Source of the DNA: Paraspadella gotoi
Taxonomy: Eukaryota; Animalia; Chaetognatha
Assembly: GCA_051294375.1 (NCBI GenBank)
Contig: JBJCIZ010000597.1
Location: 1-14,048 of the forward strand
Direction: 5' to 3'
Length of the DNA: 14,048 nucleotides
Below, piece by piece: positions 1 to 9,217 of the stretch (the first letter of the stretch is position 1; each line of letters opens with the position of its first letter). A model generated the notes under the pieces. That model was given only the letters and a program-made list of their open reading frames with translations. It did no database searches and was not told the origin of the DNA. A program made the position numbers and the translations under genes.

Positions 1-191
1 TTTGGCTTACTTTTTCAACTAAACATCTGTCGCATTGTAATCACTTCAACAAGATAAAAAAAATGTTTAAACTATTTTAGAGGTTTAGTCATTAATTTAT
101 TCACTGATACTACTTGATGCGTTTAAACACAAACACTTTTCGAGAAAAACAAAAATTCATCATTTTCTATATTTTCGATAAAAAAGAATGT

Positions 192-418
192 TTATGAGGT
201 CTGGTCGTCTTGCATTGTGCAAAGTCCACTTGATTTGATTTCGTTCGGTGTTTGCATCTTAGTGTAAGTTTTTTTTTTATTATCAGTGGACTGACTGTAC
301 CATGCAACCGCTTGGCGAATGTTCCTTCTAAAAACTGAAATTTCCTTCTCCAACTGAACGTCGCGGCGTTGATTTTCCAAACCCATTTTCGAGGTCAACT
401 TCAAAAGCCGTCTACGTT
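192..418 (-). CDS. Possible terminal exon of an unknown gene (..RRRLLKLTSKMGLENQRRDVQLEKEISVFRRNIRQAVAWYSQ..TS*)
   Basis: The minus-strand frame is open from a pyrimidine-rich acceptor-like site (ctactttcattcAG, AG at 420-419) to TAA at 194-192. It is GC-richer than its flanks. No family recognised. Confidence 0.25.
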
Positions 419-689
419 CTGAATGAAAGTAGTAAGCAACGAACTCAAGAAAAAAAGTACACTTTTTTAATGAAATAGCTTGTTACTTGATCAACAGAAT
501 TTTGTTCATTCTTCTTTTATATCTTAGCCTAAATTAACGTAAATTTATTGCGCAATATATATATGTGCTGTGCCAGTCCCACAATCATTGTTGCTATTTT
601 TCGTTCCCTATTCTTACAATGCTCAGTCCTGCGGTCCAACAGTAAGCCCCTGGCCGCTTACTCTCCAATGATCTTATACCTTCATACAT

Positions 690-1870
690 TCGGAAGCAGT
701 CATACTTTTCACGCCAGACTCCCTCATTCTTCTCACCCTTCTGTCGCACATGCCTTTTAAGCATTCTATTCATCGCAGGTGCCCTCATTCTCTCACTCGT
801 GAATGGTGCCTCTAAAATTCTTGTCATGCAGCCCACACTCATTCTCTACCACCTCGTGTAAATGCCCTTTTAAACTATACTTTCCACCCGCAGCCCTCTT
901 CTTTCCACCTTCGGTTGAATGCCTCTGAAAATTCCTTCCTACGTGCATACTCCCTCGCACTCTCTCCATCCTCGTAACCTGCCTTAAATCTTAGCACCAC
1001 CCCATCCCTCTCTTAATCATCACCTGCGTATGGCGTTAAAATTTCTTACCACCACAGCCCTCATTGCTTCTACACCTCGTGAATTCTGGCGCCCTTAACC
1101 ACAGTTCTTCCATCCGCGCCCCTCATCTTCTCTCAACCTCGTTGTGATTGCGCCAATATCTCTGTTTACGACTGCATGGCCCTTATTTTTTCCATACGTC
1201 GTAACTGGTCCTTAATGATTCTTTCACGCTAGCCTGCGTTCATTCTTCCTCGACCTAGTGACATGGTCTAAAATTCTTTCACCCGAGCTTACCATCTAGC
1301 TCACCTCATTGCAATTCGGCCTTTAAATCTTTCCACGCGAGCACCGCTCCATTCTCTTACACCTCGCTGAATGGGTGCTAAACATCTTTCACCCAGCTCA
1401 TTCTTCGTCTTTCACCCTCCTATGATTGAGGCCCTCTTGAAATTCTTCTCATGCGTCAGCCTACAGTTTCTTCTCACCTGTCGTGAATGGGTCTAAAATT
1501 TCTTCCTACGCCAGGCTCGCTCATTTCTGTCTCACCTCATGACTTGGGCCTATATAATTATCGTATCACGTCCAGCCCCACTTTCTACTCACCTTCAATT
1601 GAAATGCGGCCTCAAGCACAAATTCTCTTCACGCATCCCTGCCGATTCTTCAACTCATGATCATATGGCACGCCTAACATTATTCTGTGTCACGCAAGTC
1701 ACCTCATTCCGTCCTGCACCTCGTGTAACGTGGCCTTAAATTCTTTCACGCAGCCCTCATTCTTCTCACCTTCGGTGATTCGCCGTCCTGACAGTTAGCC
1801 TAATAACTCTCTTCTCACGAGCCCTCCACTCCAGCTCACTCGGTTGAATGGCCTGTATGGCATAGACGCT
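690..1870. repeat. Degenerate tandem minisatellite, ~20 copies, consensus approx. CACGCAGCCCTCATTCTTCTCACCTCGTGAATGGCCTTAAATTCTTT (47-48 bp)
   Basis: The anchor ccctcatt(c) recurs at about 721, 782, 893, 1058, 1119, 1180, 1396, 1519, 1702 and 1754. The cleanest copy is near 1730-1780. Observed spacing of 52-62 bp is due to scattered single-base insertions. Confidence 0.93.
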
Positions 1871-2168
1871 TCCACCGTCCGTTACCTTCCATACCTTGTT
1901 CTTCAAAGAATACTATACTGCTCTCGCTATCTCTCAAATGCCAGTTGTGAAAGTGCGTCTTCTCTTCGGGGCCAAGGATCGATCGTCTTCAACCAGGAAT
2001 TTTAATGCAGTCGCAATTGTTGTTCTCGGAAACGAGAGCGTGCGGATCTCTGTGTATAAAGTATCCTGTGTCCGATTTTCTCTTCCTAGATCGGCGGATC
2101 TGCATTACTCGCGACGTGGGATGCTCTTTTCGGGTAACAGGGTTCGAACGACAGTCTTAATGACGACA

Positions 2169-2195
2169 CATCAATCAATCCAATCAAATCAATTT
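2169..2195 (+). repeat. Short (AATC)n microsatellite
   Basis: catcaatcaatccaatcaaatcaattt. Confidence 0.8.
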
Positions 2196-3146
2196 ATCTT
2201 TTCATAAAACTTTTCATTTATCTTGATTACAAGCTCAATACGTGTATTTAAATCTTCATCTTCGTGTCTTCATATTCGATCTCTCACCCACAACTAATGA
2301 ATAATTAATCCGTTGTCTCTTCCAGATAAACAAGTTTTTGTCCTCTCAACCTTTCATTCTAAATATTTTGTTGTACATTTCGTAACATTTAAGTGAACTT
2401 ACATCCATTACCTAAATTAAACATAGCGACGATTCGAAAAGAAGAGATCGTTGTGATCCTCATATCCAAAAATCAAATTCAAAGAATAAAAAACATCTAA
2501 GCAAAAAACAAATTCTTTTTTTTCGCTGTGATCTCTTCTCCTTTAGAGTCTGTCTTTCTAGTCGGCAATAAAGAATTGGGATTGCTATCGTTACTTTTGC
2601 CTTTTTAATGTCGCTTATTTCTCCGGTCTTTCATGTCGGCTGCTCATCGGGTTGTCAATCGACGACATAAACCTTAAATAAATAAAACAAATCAACAAAA
2701 AACCAACGAAACGCTAAATGAAGAAAATAAATTAATTTAAATGAAAAACTATAGAAATTTTATACTGAAACATAGACAGAGTAAATCACTATGAATACTA
2801 TAGAATAAAATTCAATCTTTAATCTTAGAAGAGTTTTTGAATACCTGCAGGTAATTCCTATTTTTTATGTAATTTTTTACACAAACTGTAGAAATCAAAA
2901 GAGAGTAAGATTTAAACAACATCTCAATAAATCTCGATTCACATGTCCACGCGTCGTTCACTCGCCCTTTAGAAAGACTAGAAAGCTCCCGGTCTCGTGA
3001 TATTTCACGTAATCTCGTCCAAGAAGGTAGAATGTTTCACGCTTTGTCTCTTTGGTGCGTTCTGTAAGTATGTGCAGTCCCAGTTCTTTGCTTTTGAGTC
3101 GGTCGTGACGGGGAGAAGGTCAAGTCGCAATTTTAAAAGCGAAAAG

Positions 3147-3450
3147 TCATTCTATCATGGGATCATTATCATTCGTATTCATCATCGATCATCTATCATC
3201 ATCATCATCATAACATCTGATCATCATCTTCCATCATGTATATCAATGAATTCGATCATTATCATTGTTGTCTTTTGCTCCCAATTATTAAAGGTATAAT
3301 TCCATTCATTGATCGTCCTATCATCATTCATCATTATCCATTAAATGCTCGATCATCATCGCTTTATTTTATAATCCAACTAATATCATTATCATTGGTG
3401 CTTCGCGGAGAACTGCTTAAAAGTAATCACATCATCTCATCATCATCATC
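3147..3450 (+). repeat. Degenerate (ATC)n microsatellite region
   Basis: Many atcatcatc runs, e.g. 3196-3212 and 3439-3450. Confidence 0.9.
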
Positions 3451-3479
3451 AAAAAACTATATCTGCAGTAGTCCACGCT

Positions 3480-4283
3480 GTTAGCGTGTTTAGATAGCAC
3501 CATAGCCTCAGGTCATCCGGAGTTGCTGTTGTCTGCTGAGTTTTCGGATTATGAGACCGGGTGCTGTCGTCAGTCGCTGGAGGAATCAGGGTGGTTTTTT
3601 ATCGTCCTAAACCAATATTTTTCAGTTTTAACTGCATGAAAATTACCACTGAGGTCCATCCTTTTCATTTGCCTCTTCAATATCTACAAATAAAATTGCT
3701 CGATGTAATGCCTGCACCCCCATTTTCTACCCAGACCCCTGACCCCCTCACCCTGACCGCCCTATCGCACTTCGATCCCCCCATTTCCACTGACCCTCAA
3801 ACCCCACTCACTTCACTCGCGACCAAAGCCTTTGACACTCTGGTTCACTTGAGTACCGTGGTCTCAGGCACCTTGAAAACAGGTGAGTGTTAGCGCTATG
3901 CGCTTGTTGTTGTTTGTTTTTGTATTTTTTGCTTTAGTATGCATCCATGACCTTGGTTTCCACGTGGGCCAGGAGACACGATCCGTGTGACCCCAAAACG
4001 TCTCATGGCCATTTCCTTAGTCCACCCACCCTTCGGTAGACCTAATGACCTATACTTATTCAACACCTTGGGTTTTATGACCGAGCTTCCGATCTCCTCA
4101 GACCACTCTTGGTGTATGACCTATGCCTCATCACCCGACGCTATTGGTGTCGCCGCTTCAACCCTGTGTCTCTCTGCAGACGCGGATTCCCACAATTCTT
4201 CTATTTTGTCTTTTCATCTCTGATGGCGTAAAAAGTTGCGGTTCGTCAACTCACGGTGGCTTTGCTATCCTAGTACAACGGAC
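3480..4283. other. GC-richer block enriched in (T)GACC motifs; possibly a degraded dispersed repeat
   Basis: About 10 tgacc/gacc occurrences and C-rich runs (3733-3830), bounded by microsatellites on both sides. No convincing ORF or terminal repeats. Confidence 0.25.
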
Positions 4284-4415
4284 CAATCAATCAAATCAAT
4301 TCATATCAATCAACTGGCAACAATCAATCAATCAATTCAATTCAATCAATTAATCAATCAATCAACTTCAATTCACTGAAATCAATCAATCATTTCAATA
4401 TCAATTCAATTCAAG
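4284..4415 (+). repeat. (AATC)n/(AATTC)n microsatellite
   Basis: aatcaatcaaatcaattcatatcaatcaac...aatcaatcaat. Confidence 0.92.
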
Positions 4416-4629
4416 ATCATAATTATAGTCGCCGCTTTACCCTACTGTTGCATATGCTTACCGTCAGTCGGATCGCATCTGTGACAGATCTCCAGCTTTC
4501 TGGCCAATCGTTTTCTTCTTCAAGTCGCGATATACTCAAGCTCATCTTCGCCGTTCGACGTTTCGGCTGAGGGACGTTCTCTTCATGGCTGGCTGAGACA
4601 GGTGCAGGGGGAGGGCAGGGCAGTAGATT

Positions 4630-4705
4630 CGAAGAGAGAGAAGGAGTGGTAGATGAAAGCAGAGCAGGATGAGACGAGCGAGAGGAGAGCTATGAGAGAG
4701 AATAG
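4630..4705 (+). repeat. Degenerate (AG)n purine tract
   Basis: gaagagagagaaggag...gagagagaatagag. Confidence 0.7.
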
Positions 4706-4918
4706 AGTAACTCATTGAATATTGAATAGTTGAAAGCTCACATAAATGGAGGGTTTGAGCGCCATGCTGTAACTTACCCACTGGCCTTTAAAAAGCTTAC
4801 GTTTGAGAAATTACTTACTTCATATTGGAATAACAAGAACTGAGTGTATTTCTTTACTATTCTGTTCTAGTTTTGTACAGATGTGTTGCGCCTCTTTCTA
4901 ATCTTTCTCGCGAATTTT

Positions 4919-5190
4919 ATGAGAGAAGACAGAGAGTAGAGAGAGAAGGATTGAGAATAGATGTAGCAGAGAGGACGACGGGACGCAGCGATAGATGGAC
5001 CTGTCTCAGAAGCCGAGTGTGATAATCCCGAAGCGTACTCGCCTTAGCTATACTCTCGATCGCCTCCCTCTCTTAGAAGCTCTCTCCTTCATCTTTTTCT
5101 CCTCCCTCTCACTCTTCTATCAATCTGGTCTCCCTCTACTTATCCCCTCCTCGCGCTCCACTCTCATCATTGTTCTTCTCTCTCTTATGT
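4919..5190. repeat. Degenerate (AG)n tract (4919-4975) followed by degenerate (CT)n tract (~5063-5190)
   Basis: Opposed purine and pyrimidine dinucleotide tracts about 90 bp apart. Confidence 0.7.
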
Positions 5191-5348
5191 TACCTGCCGT
5201 TCATAAAGTGTCGACGTGTTTTGCATTTCCCGCTCTGATCTCGCATCGTTTCGACTCCGTTGCAGCCGACTCGCGTCATGAAACTCTAAAGGGTGAGGCG
5301 ATGTCGCATCCTTCCACGTCATCGGGTAGGAGTTGGTTTCTGTGAAGG

Positions 5349-5402
5349 TCAATATCAATCAATTCGATCCATTCACATCAATAAAAGATTAATCAATCAA
5401 TT
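5349..5402 (+). repeat. Short (AATC)n microsatellite
   Basis: tcaatatcaatcaattc...aatcaatcaatt. Confidence 0.8.
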
Positions 5403-5660
5403 GTGGCGGTATATTCACCACGACCTCACGTCACCATCCAGTCAGCCCAAATCATTGGCTCAGAGGCGGGAACACACCATCCCAGGCCGGTAGTGTTCCA
5501 ATCCACATCTATACGACTTCCTCTGCGTGGCAAAGGCGAGACCGTCCTAGGGTAACCGCGCCAGTGACTGAGGCGTCACTGAGTGGAAGCCCCCAAAGCC
5601 AAAGTGAGATGCCGCCATCCCTCATATCACAGGCACACCTGCTGTTGCAATACCAATACA
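5402..5660. other. GC-rich, hairpin-rich island (candidate structured RNA or SINE/retroelement fragment)
   Basis: Stems GGAACAC 5469-5475/GTGTTCC 5493-5499 and CAGTGAC 5562-5568/GTCACTG 5575-5581, plus a long-range pair TGGCGG 5404-5409/CCGCCA 5612-5617. Confidence 0.3.
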
Positions 5661-5820
5661 TGAAACAATCAACTCATGAACCATTTTAGTTTGTTAAACT
5701 AATAATCCAATTAAAGAACCAATATCAATTATTCATTGAACCAATCAACTATTCATTCATTTGATCATTCAATTAATTCAATAAAACATTAATCAAAGGA
5801 TCATCAATCAATCAATCATT
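5660..5820 (+). repeat. Degenerate (AATC)n/(ATTC)n microsatellite
   Basis: attcattcatt, atcaatcaatcaatcatt. Confidence 0.8.
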
Positions 5821-5832
5821 CGGGAACGTTCG
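5818..5832. promoter_or_regulatory. Perfect three-unit heat shock element-like motif
   Basis: aTTCg gGAAc gTTCg matches the nTTCn-nGAAn-nTTCn HSF consensus. Only 9 fixed bases, so it could be chance. Confidence 0.25.
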
Positions 5833-5904
5833 GCGACTGGCGGGTCTTTTAAAGCAGACGTCGCCTCCGTCTAGCTCGTTGACTGAAATCGGTACGCCTG
5901 TGGT

Positions 5905-6262
5905 TATTAATAATTAAAAGAATTAATTAATTAATTAATTACTGAATGGATAGAATGAAGAGAAAAATAAGAAATAAATTAATAAAGAATGATTTAATGA
6001 AATAATGAGAGAATGAATTAATTAATTATAATTATGATGAACGAATGAAAAATGATGAAAAATGAATATAATTGATGAATTTAATGAATGAATGAAATCC
6101 ACTAAATGAATTAATGAATTATTGAAAGATTAAAATAATTATAACAAAGATCGGGTTGAAAATAATTTATAATTGTTTTGGATTCAAGTAGTTCTTCTAC
6201 AGAATGAGTAAATAAAATGAATGAATGAATGAATGAAGTGAAAATGAAGGAATGAATGAATG
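5905..6262 (+). repeat. (AATT)n/(GAAT)n microsatellite region
   Basis: aattaattaattaattaatt at 5921-5940; gaatgaatgaatgaatgaa at ~6219-6237. Confidence 0.9.
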
Positions 6263-6520
6263 ACCCGATCACTTTTTGCATGATACAAAAAATCTCCAGG
6301 TGCCAATAAACATGAGTTGACTTGGTGACCTTTGCCGACATAATCCGCATACAATGATTTCACTGATTGAGTTTTTGGGCGGTCGTAAATTGTCGTCATT
6401 CCCGGAAGGAACTTCGCTCTTCTTTCTTTAATATGTCTCGCCAACCCAATCGTTACAATGATGATGGTTTTTATTTGTAGTTTTTTTGACAGGGGTTCAA
6501 TACCCTTTCTCTGTGTTAGA
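6262..6520 (+). CDS. Possible frameshifted coding fragment (..GANKHELT/DLCRHNPHTMISLIEFLGGRKLSSFPEGTSLFF/NMSRQPNRYNDDGFY/FFDRGSIPF..)
   Basis: Higher GC than flanks. Successive + frames give protein-like segments joined by single-base shifts, some at T-runs. No homology recognised and the strand is uncertain. Confidence 0.25.
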
Positions 6521-7045
6521 AAAAAGAAGAAGATAAAAAAAATACCAAAAAAATTTTGACATCTCATAATATTTTTGAAGACTTTACTTTTTTTGTGACG
6601 GGAAAATGTAAAAATGTTACTTTCTGGATAAGTTATTGTCTTTTCTCTTAGTTTATTCCTGTTTTTAAAACTTTTATAAATTTCCCTTTTATATTTGCCT
6701 TTATTACAAGATGTAAATAATCAAAATGTAATAAGTAACTAAATTAAAAAACGTTTCAATGAACATGGTGAGCAGCAATTTTTTGTATCTACTCGTTAAT
6801 TTGGGCGGACTGACAAGAGAAAAGGAAGATGAATTTGAATTTTAATGTCTCCTTAGAATTAAAATTTGCCAACTTTCATTTTGTGTTTTTTGATTTTAAA
6901 TTAACAATAAATGATTTTTTTTCTTTGACATTTTCATCTATTTATTTATTTTGGTTTTCTTCATTAATATAGCTAATTGTAACAATGGAGTTTAAATGAA
7001 AAAAATCAGGTCGAGCTTGGAGACTGAAAAAAAAATAAGTGAACA

Positions 7046-7108
7046 GAGGAAGAGAGAGAGAGAGAGAGAGAAGAAGAGAGAGAGAGAGCGAGAGAATGAG
7101 AGCAGAGA
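7046..7108 (+). repeat. (AG)n microsatellite
   Basis: agagagagagagagagagag... Confidence 0.95.
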
Positions 7109-7708
7109 TCGAATAATGTCGAAAGACAGCTTAGTACGTTGATGTTGACCTTGGACATCTCGACTTCTTCCGATGGTATGTGCAGCAAACTTTTGGGATT
7201 GGGTGATGAGGCTGGACTGATGTTGATTGGGGTTGATTGGCAGGGTGCAGTTGAAAAGATCGCTGGGTCTTTGACGAAGGGTTAGAGGAATCGATTAGGG
7301 AATACTAGCTTTAGTTAGGGTTTAAAGCTTCGGGATTTAAAAAAAGGCTTTAAAAGTATTATTGAATAATATTTTATTGAATAAATAGCTACATTTTAAT
7401 TTTTAGATTACGACTAAAATATCCTAATGAGAAGATTTGCTATTATAAACGCCGACGTAAAATATGCAAAAAACGACCAACAAAAAAAAGCGTTGAATCC
7501 ATAAGTCACACAGCGTGAAGGACGCGCGAATAAATTGAGTTGGACGCAAAGATACGTGAACGTTCACGCTGAACCGTGAAGATCACGTCCGATGTTGAAT
7601 TTGTTTTTGAAATCTCGTCTCTTTTTCACTTTCAATTAAGATCAACGATTTTACCAAGATACTTTTTGTCTTCCCGATGTCCTTCTTCTTGTCTTTCAGT
7701 TTTTTAAT

Positions 7709-7781
7709 AATTTCTCCGTCGATGATCTTTTGTCTTTTTTATTTCTCCGTCGATTGCTATTTTTTTTTTTTTTTTTTTTTT
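7709..7781 (+). repeat. Direct repeat ATTTCTCCGTCGAT x2 followed by poly(T)
   Basis: Copies at about 7710 and 7741; T-run at 7760-7781. Confidence 0.8.
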
Positions 7782-8135
7782 GCTTGATTTTTTTGTTCGT
7801 TCGATCTCGCCCAGTACGAAATTAATTAACTCCACTTGTTTCTCTCCCTCCCACTTTCGAGAAAAAAAAGAAACAGCCCTGTGGTTACGACAGTTTTTGC
7901 ATATAAAAGCGCGCATGCCGGATGTATTGATACACATAATAAACATTACTAGAAATGATGGGCCCATAAACCGCAGTTGACAGTCATTGAGTGTGTGAAT
8001 ACAGACGAGTAAGACAACCTAAAACATTATTGGTGTTAGTTTTTGTTTTTAACGATATCATGTTTTTATACTTCCAAATTGATCTTTTGTTGTTTTTGTT
8101 TGGTTTTTGAATTGCAGAAGTTTTAGCTCGTCCTA

Positions 8136-8220
8136 TTCTTCTCTCTCCTCTCCTCTCGTCTCTCTCTCCTCTCTCTCTTTTGTCTCTCTCTCTTCTCTCT
8201 CTCTCTCTCTCTCTCTCTGC
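8136..8220 (+). repeat. (CT)n microsatellite
   Basis: ctctctctct runs. Confidence 0.95.
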
Positions 8221-8601
8221 CCACAAAAACAAATCACTTGCCTAAAATTTTGGCGAAGATGAAGAAAACTCGATTTTCAGATGAGAATATGAGAAGAAGA
8301 GAGAAGAAACTTTTTGCACTATATTTCCAAAAGCAAACCATTTCTCAAGTTCCTAATTCCTGGTCCTAAACCTAACTCTTCATCTTGTTTTTTTAAAATT
8401 CAATTTCAAATTAAAGCTGAATACGCTTGCGGCGGTGGAGGGAAGAGATGAGAAAAAGAAAGAGGAATTAAATCACAAATTATTAATAAATATTATTGTA
8501 TTCTGGTCATTTTTTAATGTAAGGCAAAGTCGGTCTTCTTCGATATAGTCCAGTGCTGCTGCTCTCTGCTCTTCCCAAAAGTCGGCCAATTGTTGTTGAA
8601 G

Positions 8602-8630
8602 TCCTAAATCCTAAATCCTAAATCCTAATC
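8602..8630 (+). repeat. (CCTAAAT)~4 heptamer run, telomere-variant-like (TTTAGGA on minus strand)
   Basis: tcctaaatcctaaatcctaaatcctaatcc. Confidence 0.8.
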
Positions 8631-8804
8631 CAGGTCAAAAATTTAAAAAAAATTCAGCCATTAAACACTTTCTCAGAGAAATCTTTATCCGTCTTGCTGA
8701 GAAAATGAAAACCAAATCAGAGAATACAAATATTTAAGCCAGTCACACCAATTTTAGAAAAATCATTCACCGCAAATTTTTTTTTTATAAAATCTTCCTC
8801 CATC

Positions 8805-8842
8805 ATCGTTCAAGCAAAATCGTTCATTAAAAATCGTTCATC
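8805..8842 (+). repeat. Three short direct repeats of (AAA)ATCGTTCA
   Basis: atcgttcaagc-aaaatcgttcatt-aaaaatcgttcatc. Confidence 0.75.
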
Positions 8843-8911
8843 GCGCCGCAGCCTCATTCACCCGAAGCTCCCGCGGTCGAAACAATCGCCGACATAGTGA
8901 CAGATATAGTC

Positions 8912-8915
<4 letters not shown>

Positions 8916-8947
<32 letters not shown>

Positions 8948-9008
8948 GTCTCTCTTCTATCTCTCTCTCTCTCCTCTCATCTGCTCTCTCTCTCTCTCTC
9001 TCTCATCT
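8916..9008 (+). repeat. (CT)n microsatellite
   Basis: Long ctctct run. Confidence 0.95.
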
Positions 9009-9116
9009 CCCCCTCATCGTTGTCAAACAACTAAGTGAATTAAGATTCACTTTGCTTTGTTTTTTCACGATCGAATTTGTGTTTCGAAGTCCGAATTCAG
9101 TTAAAAATCGAAGGCG

Positions 9117-9117
9117 T

Positions 9118-9157
<40 letters not shown>

Positions 9158-9217
9158 GAGAGCAGAGAGAGAGAGAGAGAGGAGAGAGAGAAGAGAGAGA
9201 GAGGAGAGAGAGAGAGA
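9117..9217 (+). repeat. (AG)n microsatellite
   Basis: About 100 bp of agagag. Confidence 0.95.

Noticed and set aside
263-286. Tiny + strand intron gtaagt..cag
   Set aside because: It is only ~23 nt long, the flanking + frames are not convincingly coding, and the supported intron in this window is 237 bp.
690-1870. CRISPR array
   Set aside because: Units are contiguous with no unique spacers, no cas genes are present, and the context is eukaryotic.
2141-2150. Pol III B-box-like ggttcgaacg (tRNA or SINE)
   Set aside because: It lacks the terminal CC, an A-box and a cloverleaf.
2842-2853. 12-bp palindrome TACCTGCAGGTA (back-to-back CAG|GTA donors)
   Set aside because: The flanks are not clearly inverted and no adjoining exon was found. 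A palindrome this long is expected by chance in 14 kb.
2997-3484. Ile/His/Ser-rich ORFs
   Set aside because: They are translations of the (ATC)n tract.
5402-5660. Hammerhead or HDV-like ribozyme
   Set aside because: There is no CUGAnGA/GAAA core. The cttcctctgcgtgg segment could not be fitted to the HDV double pseudoknot.
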